Below are positions 50,336 through 64,000 of a DNA stretch of 64,000 nt, piece by piece. The translations under genes and the position numbers were made by a program. Origin of the DNA: Haliotis rufescens (Eukaryota); NCBI RefSeq assembly GCF_023055435.1, contig NW_025963835.1, positions 29,512,001-29,576,000 of the forward strand, in the 5' to 3' direction. Position 1 is the first letter of the stretch, and each line of letters begins with the position of its first letter. Under the pieces are notes generated by a model. The model saw nothing but the letters and a program-made list of their open reading frames with translations, did no database searches and had not been told where the DNA came from.

Positions 50336-51919
50336 AACTCAAGTACCCCTTTCTTATCTAAAACAGTTCTTACGTGCAGATGATGAAACTATTTTTATAC
50401 TAGAACATCCCTTACCCCCACACCAACGCGTACCCTGTGACCCCCAAACTCCCCCCCCCCCCCCCCCCCCCCCTCCCTCCCGAGTAAATTGTACATAGTC
50501 AGGAAACAGTGCCCTGTTAACGGTTACTGCAGCAACAACAGTGCCATGACGTCATCAACAAAGAATTCTCACGTGATGATATTATTTCATATTACACCAA
50601 AAACAGTCGTTATTCACGTGAAAATATGAAACACTGTAAATACTCACGTTTTTGTCCATGTGCGGAGTACTGTGGTACTATCATTCAATGACTGAAAATG
50701 GTCATATGATGTGACAGATTACAGTACGATGGGGTATATTTTACAACCATTTCTAATATTCCATCAAAGTGCGGCTGAATAGATTAAGCCATAACTTATT
50801 TTTCAAAGTATGCAATGTTATTATATAGAATATATCGTCCATCTAAAAGGATCATGTTTTATTTTTACTATTCGACATGTGTGTTGTTTATATCGTGCTT
50901 TACTGTTAGATATATATCACATCTGCTGGCTTTTACTCACACCAGCCTTGCCTCTTATCACCCAATCTCGTGACGTCATCCACGCTCGCATCCTGTGCAT
51001 CTCCCGCCGTCATCTGTCGCTGTTGTTATTTGTTTAACTTACTTTTAGATGAAATGAGGTATTAAAAGCAATAAAAGTAATACTCTGTCACTTTTCGCTT
51101 TCGACGAATGAGAAATGGGTGTAGCTGGAAAAGACAACCAAGGGAGAATATTCAGGACAATATTTTCTCACCCAAAATAGACATTCGTTTATCCGAGAGA
51201 TTTTGTTCTGAAAATTGTGTACGTCGGCCGATATGTGTAAAAGGTAACCAGCCACACTCACCCGAAATCACCCTTAAACCTCCCCCATCCTACCCTACCC
51301 TACCCCTCAAATCGGACCACAAGCCCATACACAATATTCCACACCTCGGGGATGCGGCCTCGCAGTAGGAGCTAACTAGTAAAACATATAGGATTGAACA
51401 CAATGGAGAAATATAACCGACCTCATAAAATAAAGTTTGATTGATATCTGAACAATGAATGTTATTTAGTTTGCTGATTATAGAAGTGATGGTTACTATT
51501 AATGAGCACGATTCGTATTTTTTAATAGTCAACCACCTAGTACAAAACCGCGTGAAACAGAAATTTCAACCTATTTACTCTTACAATAACACACATGGAG
51601 CGCTTGTTTGTACATCTGCAGTGTGTGGTCTTGTGATAGCGTTGATCAATCAAGCAATATTAATAAACAGTCTTTTAAAATATAAACATTATTTAAATGA
51701 ATTACAAGGAAGGTGATCGTTTCCCAACGTAGGCCACCAGAGTTGCGACCAAAAGGAATAGAACGTCTGAAAATTAAGCCTCGTTAATCCAGACTGTGCT
51801 GTGTCCAGGTCAATGGGATCCTCACTAGGGCGAGGTTCCGATAGCCCACTGTCTTGGTGCAGACATCTTATAATATCAGCTGCGTTCTGTCTTACAGTTC
51901 CGTAAATAATCAACAAATG

Positions 51920-52295
51920 TAGGTCCTCCCCTCACCGGAGTCAGAACATGCTTATGGTGTTGTACGTGTATGGATGTGTACGGCGCCAGGCTGATCGAAT
52001 GTAGCATCACTGTCATACGGTTGTCTCCCTTGCTTGCTGATATTGAAGGTCAAGGTTACTCATCACACAGTCTTAATGTAGCATCAATCTTTCACAGTGT
52101 GTGTCTGAGTCTCCAATGTATGCTTGGCTGATTTTGAAGGTCAAGGTTATTGATCATAACTTAGGCTTGTGAGAACAGTGACTTTAGTCTTTATGTAGGA
52201 TTTTGACCAAATTTGACAATAAAATTTTCTGGGTGGGATCACTATTTCTGAACATTTTGACTGACTTGGGTCAAAGGTCAAGGTCACCAAGGATC
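51920..52295. mobile_element. Remnant of a GGTCAAGGTCA-motif interspersed repeat
   Basis: Three TGAAGGTCAAGGT / GGTCAAAGGTCAAGGTCA motifs plus TTTTGACCAAATTTG; family assignment not possible here. Confidence 0.4.
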
Positions 52296-54430
52296 ACATT
52301 ATAAATCATAAGAAACAGTTATGCTAAGTCCAGTATCGATGAGTCCAATATGCCATTTTCAACATCGCAACATTCGTTAAAGTGAATATCAAGATCAATC
52401 AGTCAAAACGTTTGATATATGGTAAGACACGTCGTGTTGTATCTCCGCATCGAAAGCAGTACTGTATTGATACGCGCATCGACAAAGGTTTATTATTCCC
52501 TATGCTCGCATAACCATAATAATTTGATTATGTAAGCCTAGTTGGTCAAAACGATCATGTTTCTAACTTCTGTTAATGGCCACCAAATTACTGACAATCG
52601 AACAAAAACGTTGGTAGTATTTGACTTTGTGAATACCATTGTCTATCAATTCAATCAGCTATCACCTGATTGGCTGAATTCTCTCCAGAATTTCAGTGTG
52701 AATAGATAATAACAGGGCCTAGGGTCAACTGTCACTTGATTACCTGATTGCCATGATCACAGTTCATGACATTTGAAATAAAGTGCCGGACAAAAGAAAG
52801 TATACAACCAGGTTTGATGATGGCTAAATTGAAAAAAAACAAGAAATAGATATTCGATATTTGATACGGGTATCATTGTGGTGTTTTGAACCTGAAGTTT
52901 TCAGTGTTGCAGCGACTGTTTTCTGCATAACGTTTTGATAACGTTCGTAATGTTTTGGTGAAATCCAAATTTCAAATGTATTCTTTCTTTTGCTCGGCAG
53001 TGGATGTTTAGAGTGTGAAGTTAGTCTCGGTCCATTTATAAATACGTTGTGGCGTTGTGTGGCAAATTAGGAAAAATTCGCGATGCGGTTGCTTCCCTTT
53101 TATATAATGCAAACGCAGTTTCAGATTTCCTTATGGAACGACCAAGGCATTAGCCATCTTAACAACGCTCTCACAAACCATCAGCTGGCTTTTGTGGCTT
53201 GAAAGTATACCTTTAGGGAGCTCTCGTTTGATGAAGCTAAACATTCAGAGAGCTCTCCTGTGTTTAGGGTAATTCTTTCTAGAGTTCTTCTGTGTTGAAC
53301 ATTCAGACTCCCCTGCCCTTTAGGGACAAGTATGGAGGAATGGCCTTTAGGGGTTCATTGTAAAGACGAGGAGGGTTTAATGCCGACCACGATAAGAGCT
53401 AATTGTGTTGGTTCTAGTCTCGAGTCTATTGTACATGTAGATGGTATTGATCTTTCTAATTAAACCTGACGTCTCCTTCGACAAGCTTCCTCGCCCCTGG
53501 TATCCATCAGGCTGACGATATGACGTTTCTAGCACTTAAAATACTACTATGATTCTAACTTTTTGAGTAGCAATTATAGGAAAATGGAGGCATATATTGA
53601 GTCTAATTTCCGATCTTCTAGGGCCACGATCAATGGACTTTATAGTGGAACCGATCACAAACCGAGTGATCAGAAGCAATATGGGACTAACTAGAGAACG
53701 TCGGTGTAGAAGGTGATGTAGAAATTACTGTTTCATTGCCACTGTCACTGCTAAGCGATGCTTGTCGGTATTTCGGGAAGATCGAAATTTGGGATTATGT
53801 TTCTTGCGGAAGCCTGTACTCTAAAACAGGAATGTCTGACACAAGAAACAACTTAAATCTCCAGCTGTAGGAACGGAATCGGATTCTTTAGAAAAAGGTA
53901 AAATACGCCCTAATCATTTGAAGAAAAAAAACAGGATCGAAACCACAAAAGAAAATTAAGCGAAATTGGATAATGCAAAGCTATTTTAAAAATGTTGAAC
54001 TTATTTAGGAAGAAACGAACTTGGAAACCAACCATTTCGCCTTTGAGTCGTTTACTACGAGTGCACATGTTAAATATAGAATGATACATGTCGATAATTC
54101 AGACATTATCGAGTCAGAACCCAAGACTAACAAATTAAGGAAATTGACTCAAGTTGGGAAACTTTATGGTGCAATCAATAGTGATGGGGAGACGAGAGCA
54201 TCTGTTGTGTACTGGAGGGAGAGTTAATTCAAGCAGACGGAGTCTGCACTTTATTGCCATTGATCAATGAATTTGACATAAAATAATGTTTTCTTTGTTC
54301 GAGTAACGTTCAGACAATTTGGGATCTTCTCTGACACATAATAATGAAGTGGTGGTGTTTCTGTGTGTCGATGTGACCGTGACTGTTGAAACAGTTATGA
54401 TACAGACCAGAGCTACATGTCACAGAATGA

Positions 54431-54697
54431 GGGAGGCACGCTTGGCCCAGTCGTCTAAGGCGCCGCAATTCGCTGTGCAGAGTTGCGTCCCTTTGGTACG
54501 CCAGAAACCTATACTTTTTAGTTCGAATGCTATGTCTCTAGTTTTATCCAAGTCATACCCGTGCTCGTGGGTTTCACCGAAGTGGTAAACGTCTTAGACC
54601 TGCATCACTTCGGGCTTTACTCCCACATTAAGCTGACACGCCGTGATATAACTGGAATACTATTAAAAGCGGCGTTAAACCCAACTCACTCACTCAC
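54431..54697 (+). mobile_element. SINE family A, near full length
   Basis: Head TGGCCCAGTCGTCTAAGGCG, A body and (ACTC)n tail; B-box region damaged. Confidence 0.88.
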
Positions 54698-56837
54698 CAG
54701 CTTTACGTGATCTTTTCAAAGAAATATCTTTGAAAAAATCACCAAAGTGTATTATTTACGTACGCTTCCTTCAATATGAGGCAAACGCAGAAATCTTCCT
54801 GTCAAAATTAAACTGTTTGATTAAAAAGTCAGGCATGTTACAGTGATATTTGAATAACTTACATCGGGAGGGCTTACGAATTCATTTTTGCGTGCTTGCA
54901 GGCGAGAATGCGTATTTGCGTGCGTGCATGATGTTTGAATGAATGTAAGCGTGACTTTGTGTATTTGATAAGAATTACCACAGCTTTCACGATATAAACA
55001 AGCTTATGCACCTTTTACAAATATATGCTTTTATATCTAAATTATCGTTGTTACTGTTCACATCAGTGATTGTTATAAAATGATAAAAGAATGCAATGCA
55101 CTGTACATAGAACCCTCGCAACGTTCACCGTGAGATGTTGTGTTGTATACGGAGCCAGTGTGTGAGCTAACGAACAGTTTCTGGCTTTGGTCTCGAGTGT
55201 GACCCCTACCCGAGATCCGAACTCAGAATCACACGTCATGACCACACCCTCTACACCACCCGGACACGGCAACAGTGTCCCTGTGGGAAAATTCAGGGAT
55301 CTAAATGTGTATGGAATCCTTAATGTTGATCCATTTTTATGTAAATATTACACAAATACTTACACACTACTAAAGTAGTGCATGTCTACTTTTGTAAATA
55401 GCTATGTCNNNNNNNNNNNNNNNNNNNNNNNNNNNNNNNNNNNNNNNNNNNNNNNNNNNNNNNNNNNNNNNNNNNNNNNNNNNNNNNNNNNNNNNNNNNN
55501 NNNNNNNNNNNNNNNNNNNNNNNNNNNNNNNNNNNNNNNNNNNNNNNNNNNNNNNNNNNNNNNNNNNNNNNNNNNNNNNNNNNNNNNNNNNNNNNNNNNN
55601 NNNNNNNNNNNNNNNNNNNNNNNNNNNNNNNNNNNNNNNNNNNNNNNNNNNNNNNNNNNNNNNNNNNGACCACAAGGTATATCTGGAGTTCGACATTTAA
55701 TATTAAGCTTTTATGAGTATTTCATTAGATGCTAGACGTGTACCCAAAGGTTGTATTACAACACCGTTACAAGATTCAGTCATACATTATAATACATTAT
55801 GCATTATTGTTGTGTATTTTGCATTTTGAAAGTCTAGTATTTGTTATTTATTATGGAATAAATATTCATATCATCTCTGTTTCTGAGGGCTCTGAAGTCG
55901 GTATGACAATCAATGCTGTGGGGACACTTTTCAGCGGTAAACCACAAGACTAGGTTCTGTACGCTGACTAGAGAACGGTTATCGGCAGAAGGAACAAGTC
56001 ATATGTCACCCATGCAACACTGAAATGGATATGTATTCATGTCATAAATTAATAGGCAGATTAATGAACATGAAAAGACTGACGCTATAGCAGGATCTTC
56101 AAAGTCATGTACTTCCGCTGTATATTATATTTATTATCATAGGCGGTGTAAGGTTACGTATGATGCAGAGCGTAATACACCATGTAAAGAGTATACACTA
56201 TGTGTAAACCTACACCAGTGTATAACGTCCTACACTGTATTACATTACTCGCAAGCGTGTAACAATACACGGTGTATAACGCGCTGTTCGATGTATAACA
56301 TTACACACGGTGTATAATTTTCACAATAACTCATAGTGTCGTGGCCTCCAGTTTATGGAGTGTGTACCACACATCGTCTTGAGTACTGATTCGTCCTTAA
56401 AGGTTACACTGAATTAGAATTTACAAATGCACATGTTCCTATGTACACACGTTCGTCATGTGAGTGTATTGCATCATCTTCGCACAGTGTACATATAACC
56501 ACATGGGATGGGTCCCAAAACTTGGTTCCGTCTTATGGGGTATGCGTACTTCCTAGCCTCATCAGCTGACTACAGTAGACGTGTGCACCGGAGACTCGAG
56601 TGTACTCTTCATATCACTGTAGGTTGTCTTCAAACGTTGCCACCATGTAAACTGGTTCTCTGACTGTAGACTCCGTCTCCTACCCAGGGGCTTTCTGCAC
56701 TCAATAAATTACATTCTTCACAAACTTGGCTTTGTTGTGCGTTCATGCATGTTCAAGGGAAATCGATCTGTTGGATCGCTTGGAAAGTGTTTAACGACAC
56801 AGGTGCGGTGAATGTTGACAGCATCCGTGATTAGACT

Positions 56838-58625
56838 GAATATATAGATAGACAGCTAGACTGGTATATTAATAGACAGCTACAATGGTATATTGATTTT
56901 TGTTTTTGTTTGTTTGTTGTTTGCCGCCACACACAGCAATATTCCAGCCATATGACAGCGGTCTGTAAATAATCGAGTCTAGACCAGACAATCCAGTGAT
57001 TGATATCATGAGCGTCGATCCACGCAATTGGAGTACGATGACATGCATCATCAAGTCAGCGAGCCTGACCACCCGATCCCGTTAGTCGCATCTTACGACA
57101 AGCATTGTCGCCTTTTACGACAAGCATGGGTTACTGAAGACCGACCGATTCTAACCCGTATCTTCACGGGTTGGTATATTGATAGACAGTTAGACATATG
57201 ATATGAATAGACAGCGAGACTGGTATATAGATAGACACCTAGACTGGTATATGAATAGACAGCTAGACTGGTACATGAAAAGACAGCTAGACTGGTATTT
57301 GAATAGACAGTTAGACTGGTATATGAATAGATACCTAGACTGGTATATGAATAGACAGCTAGACTTGTATATGAAAAGACAGCTAAACTGGAATATAGAT
57401 AGACAGCGAAACTGGTACGTGAATAGACTGGTATATGAAAAGACAACTAGACTTGTATATAGATAGACACCAAGACTTGAATATGAATAGACAGCTGGAT
57501 TGGTATATGAAAAGACAGCTAGACTGGTATATAGATAGACAAATAGACTGGTATATAGATAGACAAATAGACTGGTATATTAATAGACAGCTAGACTGGT
57601 ATATGAAAAGACAGCTAGACTGGTAAATGAAAAGACAACTAGATTGGTTTATAGACAGCAACATAGACTGATATATGAATAGACAGCTAGACTGGTACAT
57701 GAAAAGACAGCTAGACTGGTATATGAAAAGACAGCTAAACTGGAATATAGATAGACAGCGAAACTGGTACGTGAATAGACTGGTATATGAAAAGACAACT
57801 AGACTTGTATATAGATAGACACCAAGACTTGTATATGAATAGACAGCTGGATTGGTATATGAAAAGACAGCTAGACTGGTATATAGATAGACAAATAGAC
57901 TGGTATATAGATAGACAAATAGACTGGTATATTAATAGACAGCTAGACTGGTATATGAAAAGACAGCTAGACTGGTAAATGAAAAGACAACTAGATTGGT
58001 TTATAGACAGCAACATAGACTGATATATGAATAGACAGCTAGACTGGTACATGAAAAGACAGCTAGACTGGTATATGAATAGACAGCTAGACTGGTATAT
58101 GAATAGACACCTAGACTGGTATATGTATAGACAGCTAGACTGGTATATGAATAGACAGCTAGACTGGTATATCAAAAGACAGCTAATCTGGAATATAGAT
58201 AAACAGCGAAACTGGTACGTGAATAGACTGGTATATGAAAAGACAACTAGACTGGTATATAGATAGACACCAAGACTTGTATATGAATAGACAGCTGGAT
58301 TGGTATATGAAAAGACAGCTAGACTGGTATATAGATAGACAAATAGACTGGTATATTAATAGACAGCTAGACTGGTATATGAATAGACAGCTAGACTGGT
58401 ATATGAAAAGACAGCTAGACTAGTATGTAAATAGACAGCTAGACTGGTATATAGTTAGACAGCTTCTCTGGTATATGAATAGACAGCTTCACTGGTATAT
58501 GAATAGACAGCTAGACTGATATGTGAAAAGATAGCTAGATTGGTATATAGATAGACAGCTACACTGGTATATGAAAAGACAGCTAGACTGGCATATGAAT
58601 AGACATCTAGACTAGTGTATAGATG
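56838..58625. repeat. Minisatellite, 24-bp unit ATGAATAGACAGCTAGACTGGTAT, with degenerate continuation at ~59455-59500 and ~59655-59830
   Basis: Directly visible; interrupted by a family B SINE; contains a 352-bp internal duplication. Confidence 0.95.
56898..57171 (-). mobile_element. Family B, full length, inserted in the 24-bp minisatellite
   Basis: TSD TGGTATATTGAT (56886-56897 / 57172-57183). Confidence 0.9.
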
Positions 58626-58812
58626 GAGAGTTAGACCAGAAGATATTTACACACACGCACACACACATGCACATACGCCAATACTGGTATATAAGGTGAG
58701 CTACACTAGTATAACAGTATAGTGGACCACCATATGCACAGACAACTGCATGTAGACGAGTATATAACCGTAGAGTTAGACTATTATATATATATATAGA
58801 CCTAGACGTGTA

Positions 58813-59460
58813 TGTATGAGGGTTGACTGATAAGGTCTGAGCCTCACAAAGAAGTAACTGCGAAACAGTAACATCTTTTGTTATAGACATTACATGGTGT
58901 CATAGAACTTGAGTGATTTGAAGAAGTTGTTTCGTTGTGGCAAGTCAGTAAAACCAGCAGGGGTCAGTAGCCTGTAGAAAAAGTACAAACAAAACGCACT
59001 ACACGCAAAAAACAGACTTAACACCAAAAGCCATCCATAAGAATATGAGTTCAACACTAGGGAAGGATGCCCGTTCCTATGTCACTGTAAAGAGGTGGGC
59101 AGCAGTGTTCAAACGTGGCAGGGAGCGACTTGAAACCGATCCCCTTTTCTGGAATGTCCTCATTGACAGAAATGATCCAGAGAATCCACGACATGGTGAA
59201 GGCCGACCAGCGAATGACTGAGCGTCATATTGCTAGTTCTAGCATTTCCCGGGAGAGAGAGAGTTCTTTCAATTCTCACAGACACTTTGGCAATGAAGAA
59301 AGTATCAGCTCGTATGTTTCCAACGTTTCTGACATCTGATCAAAAACGCTACAGGCATAACATGTCTCATGATGATCTAGCTCTGTTTGAAGCTGACCCT
59401 GCAAGGTTCTTGCAACTTTTTGTGGCTGGATGAAACCTGCTTTCACATCCTCCAGCTAGA
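58813..59460 (+). pseudogene. Decayed mariner (Tc1/mariner) transposon, 5' half
   Basis: Starts TATGAGGGTTGACTGATAAG (mariner-like end). Frameshifted translation: LTPKAIHKNMSSTLGKDARSYVTVKRWAAVFKRGRERLETDP / EMIQRIHDMVKADQRMTERHIA / SILTDTLAMKKVSARMFPTFLTSDQK...FEADPARFLQLFVAG / DETCFH. This covers the HTH, the WVP-linker equivalent and the first catalytic Asp motif (GDET). Confidence 0.88.
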
Positions 59461-59956
59461 CAACTTAGCGAGTATATAGATAGACCGCTCAGATGGGTCT
59501 ATACCTCGTTATTTCGAACTCCGTTATCTCGATTGTACCTATATCTCGAACCTATTCTTCGGTCCCGACCGCCTCACTATATAAATACATGTACATTTTC
59601 GAGATGAAAATATATAACGCTGTCTCGAACCTTGATCTCAATTTTGACTTTACATTGTAGGTAGATAGCAAGAGTAGTATACAGATAGAGAGCTTGATTA
59701 TTATATAGATAGGCGGCTAGATTAGTATATAGATAGACCGCTAGACTAGTATACGGATAGATAGCTAGACTAATATACAGATGGTGAACTATACTGGTAT
59801 ATAGAATAAAAAGCTGGACTAGGATACTAACAGACGAATATTTTGTTAAGTAAATAAACAAACAGGTAGACAGATTTCGACATAGATTGACTGAGAAAAG
59901 CAAAGCATAAAACGTAATAAGATCCAACGAAGCGACGTGTATTTGACATGACTAAA

Positions 59957-60338
59957 CAGCGTTCGAAATACCTGCCTGCCCGACCGTCCGAGACGGGTTG
60001 ATTTCAACTCGGGCTGCCAGATTTTCAAATCCTCCTGCCGGACGGTCTGGTTATATTTCATAGGTGAAAATATTCTAAATATTTCCCGATGATAAGCATT
60101 AATTCACATGTAAAGATGAATGATAAAATGTAACCAAAAAGAAACCCCGTTAGCTTTTAGACAACCTAACATTCAGCGATGCGCTTATGCTACAAGCAAT
60201 CAGTTTTCATATTTTTAATTAAATTATCCTGAGAAACATATGATAATAGTGGGCAGGCAGGTTTTGGTCCGGGCTGGCAAGTATTTCATCTAGCCAGTCC
60301 TGTGGTCTGGCTGAAAGTTTTGGGAGTTTCATACCCTG
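59957..60338. mobile_element. hAT-like MITE
   Basis: Ends CAGCGTTCGAAA / TTTCATACCCTG, subterminal inverted CCTGCCTGCCC / GGGCAGGCAGG, flanks GACTAAAC / GTCTAAAC (imperfect 8-bp TSD). Confidence 0.55.
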
Positions 60339-61006
60339 GTCTAAACCAATGCTCCTATCATATCTTGGCTTCAGTTAACCGTTCATGCCTCTCCCTGAAC
60401 ACGAGACTGTGTGTACACGGGTATCGTAGGGTTCGGTATCTCATCACTGGGGAAATCAATGTGTTTTGTCTCTACGATAAGCTACATTAACACGCGCAAG
60501 CCTTTAATTACGACGGTTTCATCTGTGACTGAGTTTTTTGTTTGCACCTACACATCCTCCTAGCCCGGAGACTCCGCCATTGATGCTATCTCTCGCATCA
60601 CAAGATAGATATCATTCTTTATTCATTGTGAAGCTTTTTTAATATCCGTTTTATGTTTTATGCAAGTGATCGATGAATGGCGCATCAAGTCAATCGCCAA
60701 TTCAAAAATACAATACATTGATACAGCTGGATATTGCGTAATTTATGGCTTTAAATGGTTGAAGCGTGCTGGTAAATTGGGGGTTTAGTCTTGACAACAG
60801 TAATCTGTCGTGCTTAATCGTCCCTACATGGTTATTTCCTCGTATTTGTCCTGGCTTGACGTTCGGTTAGTTTGAGTATGACGGAGAGAGTTTGCTCAAT
60901 GCAACGCACTGACGAAAATGAATCGGGTTGAATGTTGTGTGAAGTTTGTTTTGATCACCTAAATACATAACCTGCGTCTGTCCTTTCTATCAACACTGTA
61001 CCTTGA

Positions 61007-61282
61007 GACCCGTGAAGATTCCGGTGTAGAATAGGTCTTCAGCAACCCATGCTTGCCGTAAAAGGTGACTATGCTTGTCGTAAAAGGCGACTAACGGGAT
61101 CAGGTGGTCAGACTCGCTGACTTGATTGATGCATGTCATCGATCCCAATTGCGTGGGTCGATGCTCATGATATCAATCACTGGATTGTCTGGTCCAGACC
61201 CGATTATTTACAGACCGCCGCCATATAGCTGGAATATTGCTGAGTGTGGCGTTAAACAACAAACCAACTAACCAACCAACAT
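61007..61282 (+). mobile_element. Family B, full length
   Basis: TSD TACCTTGA (60999-61006 / 61283-61290). Confidence 0.9.
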
Positions 61283-61421
61283 TACCTTGAACACACATGT
61301 AGTGACATTTCATATCATATCTTTTACATGCAACCGACCTGTTCAGATGTAAATGCGTACGCGTGAGTATAAGTGCGTGCGCGTTTTTCATTTCTGATCA
61401 CAGTTAGAGGTAGTATGCAAG

Positions 61422-61659
61422 TGTTTGTTTGTTGTTTAACGCCGCACTTTCCGAGATATATTCTTGCTTTATGACGAGTCTGTATATAATCGAATCTGGA
61501 CTAGACAACCCAGTGATTGATATGATGAGCATCGATCTACGCATTTGGGATACGATGATATGCTTCAACTAAGTGAGTGTGGGCATCCGATCCCGTCAGT
61601 CGGCTCTTTCGAGAAGCATGCGTTGCTGAGGACCAATTCTAGCCCGGATCTTCACGAGG
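61422..61659 (-). mobile_element. Family B, diverged full-length copy
   Basis: GTTGTTTAACGCCGCAC...CCGATCCCGTCAGTCG...CCCGGATCTTCACGAGG. Confidence 0.85.
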
Positions 61660-61854
61660 TAATACACAATTACACAGCGGGGAAATACGCGTGCGCTATG
61701 GCGTCATGGTCAGAGCCACAATTGATTCGGCGTTCACGTCTTCATCCCAGCGGAATAACGAGGATGTGTCTGCCACTTATCCATCCATCTGTCTCATGTC
61801 ACCTTCAAATGTGTTGGCTTCAGGCATTGTTGTGGTCTAGTTACAAGTATCATA

Positions 61855-62080
61855 TGCGCCTATTTATAGGTAGAGCTATAACTGTACTTTAGTTGGAATT
61901 ATAACAAACGCCTAGTTATAGTTAGAGATATAACTGTGGTTGCGTTGGAATTATAACAAACGCCTGATTATAGTTAGAGCTATAACTGTAGTTTAGTTGG
62001 AATTATAACAAACACCTATTTATAGTTAGAGGTATAATTGTAGTTTAGTTGGAATTATAACAAACGCCTGATTATAGTTA
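61855..62080. repeat. Minisatellite, 52-bp unit (TATAGTTAGAGCTATAACTGTAGTTTAGTTGGAATTATAACAAACGCCTGAT), ~4 copies
   Basis: GTTGGAATTATAACAAAC at 61892, 61944, 61996 and 62048. Confidence 0.92.
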
Positions 62081-62361
62081 GAGTGATTGAGTGAGTTGGT
62101 TTAACGCCGCTTTTAACAGTATTCCAGTTATATCACGGCGTGTCAGCTTAATGTGGGAGGAAAGCCCGAAGTGATGCAGGTCTTAGACATTTACCACTTC
62201 GGTGAAACCCACGAGCACGGGTATGGTGATGACAAACCTAGAAACATAATCGGGGCGAACCGAGATTCGAACCCACAATCATAGGTTTCTGGCGAGCCCA
62301 AGGGACGCAACTCTGCACAGCGAATCGCGGCGCCTTAGAAGACTGGGCCCCCCGTGCCCCC
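62081..62361 (-). mobile_element. SINE family A, full length
   Basis: Reverse complement of the A consensus; abuts the 52-bp minisatellite. Confidence 0.9.
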
Positions 62362-62776
62362 GACGCAGTTGGAAAGACCTATCGGGTTAGCCATTAGCGT
62401 AGCTACGGGAAATTAAAATGTAAGCAATCATATTGCAGTTCCATTTTTTTCCTTAAACATTCATAACGCTTATCAAACACAACCACAAGCAGGCCCGTGT
62501 AACATATCTTAAACAGAAATATCACGAAATATCTTTCCTTGTTCCGTACATTACACATGTCAGAATAATACAGTTTGATTATTGTGATCAAACCCATATA
62601 TCCTCATAAAATATAGATTGTCAATGCAAGAGAATAATCACTCTAGAGCATCCACCGAAACAGATTCCATTAGGCGTAAAGGGCAAATAGCAGTGAAAAT
62701 ATTATGAATGGACCACTGAAAATCAGTGATGCCACCAGGTGTTCGCGAAAAGGTAAAGGAAATGTTACAACGACAG

Positions 62777-63060
62777 GGGGGCACGGGTGGCCCAGTCGTC
62801 TAAGGCGCCGCGATTCGCTGTGCAGAGTTGCGTCCCTTGGGCACGCCAGAAACCTATGATTGTTGGTTTGAATCCCGGTTCGCCCCGATTATGTTTCTAG
62901 GTTTGTCAGCACCATACCCGTGCTCGTGGGTTTCACGGAAGTGATAAACGTCTGAGACCTGCATCACTTCGGGCTTTCCTCCCACATCAAGCTGACACGC
63001 CGCGATATAACTGTAATACTGTTAAAAGCGGCGTTAAACCCAACTCACTCACTCACTCAT
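62777..63060 (+). mobile_element. SINE family A, full length
   Basis: TSD CAACGACAG (62768-62776 / 63061-63069). Confidence 0.92.
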
Positions 63061-64000
63061 CAACGACAGATTTGACACTGGTAGGCTGGGCAACCTGTTA
63101 ATTAACAAAAGATCATGTAACTATAACAAACAACTGAAAGAACAACACACTAAAGCACATTTGAAAAAAATATTTTATTGCATTTAATTTTTTGTAACGA
63201 TTTCAAAGTGTAAGTACTTGCTTTTTGTGCTACGTGGTAGCTACGATCCGACTGACTTACAATCCGTTGAAAAAGCATAGACACAGAGGCGAAAAATCGT
63301 AAAATGTTCAGTACAGTCTTTGAATACGAGAATATCCAAATTACAAGGAAATTTCTCACGAGCTTTTTATTCCAAGATTGAACCGAACAGCCCTGCTTGC
63401 TTCTGTTGTACATTTCATGATCAGTTAATGAACGTACCCTATCTCTCACCTTCACTCACACCCCAGGCAAGTAAGTACATGAGTGCAGTGTGTTCAGTAT
63501 CTTGCGAGCCATGTGCTGTCTGACTTTCACTGAAGGAACTAAGGGGATATTGCGTGTCATAGAAACGGTTTATGAGATGTCGTAAACTTGTATTTAAAAC
63601 ACTTCGCACACACGTAACAATAACAGAGTGAGATTCTACAGAGGTGGGATAACGAGCACAGCACATGGAAGGGGATGTGTATGCTTTAATGTCTGGGATT
63701 ACGGATATGTTATTCTCTAGATAGCCGTTCCTGGCACTCAAAATATCTGCAACAGCAAAAATACATTAGATTCCTAACGTACTGATCTTACACAAAAGTG
63801 CAATCACAATACGGGGGATCGATGAGCGCCTGAAGGTGCAAGACTTGGCATAATTATCGATTATGAGACTATAGTAAAGATTATTATTCTCGAACAATAT
63901 TCAGACCTGTTCAAAGTGCTCGTCGGTGTGGAAAAACTATTTTTATTAGGTATATGGGGCAGTCGGAAGGGCTTGCATTAGATATTGATGTTTTATTTGA

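Noticed and set aside
50450-50472. Poly-C tract
   Set aside because: A simple homopolymer of unreliable length; no further structure.

Overview
Eukaryotic, repeat-dense genomic DNA with four N gaps (16223-16367, 27096-27227, 30824-30993, 55409-55667). The repeat landscape suggests a mollusc, possibly an abalone-like gastropod; that is inference only. One protein-coding gene is supported: a + strand two-pore-domain K+ channel (K2P, TWIK/TRESK-like). Its coding exons are ~30102-30784 and 44294-44970, split inside the first GYG filter by a 13.5-kb intron. There is a probable extra upstream exon (29558-29683), and the start codon was not located. The rest is about 25 SINE copies from four families that share one 3' tail, many with exact target-site duplications (TSDs). 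There are also three MITE-like inverted-repeat elements, a decayed mariner transposase and about 15 minisatellite arrays (24-52 bp units) that explain nearly all long ORFs in the track. The most interesting signals are (i) a SINE family with no tRNA head whose sharply defined 5' end folds into a stem/pseudoknot with compensatory changes, (ii) a 51-bp minisatellite made by amplifying that head, (iii) a head-swapped chimeric SINE and (iv) a polybasic cysteine-string N-terminus on the channel. No prokaryotic-type systems such as CRISPR are present.
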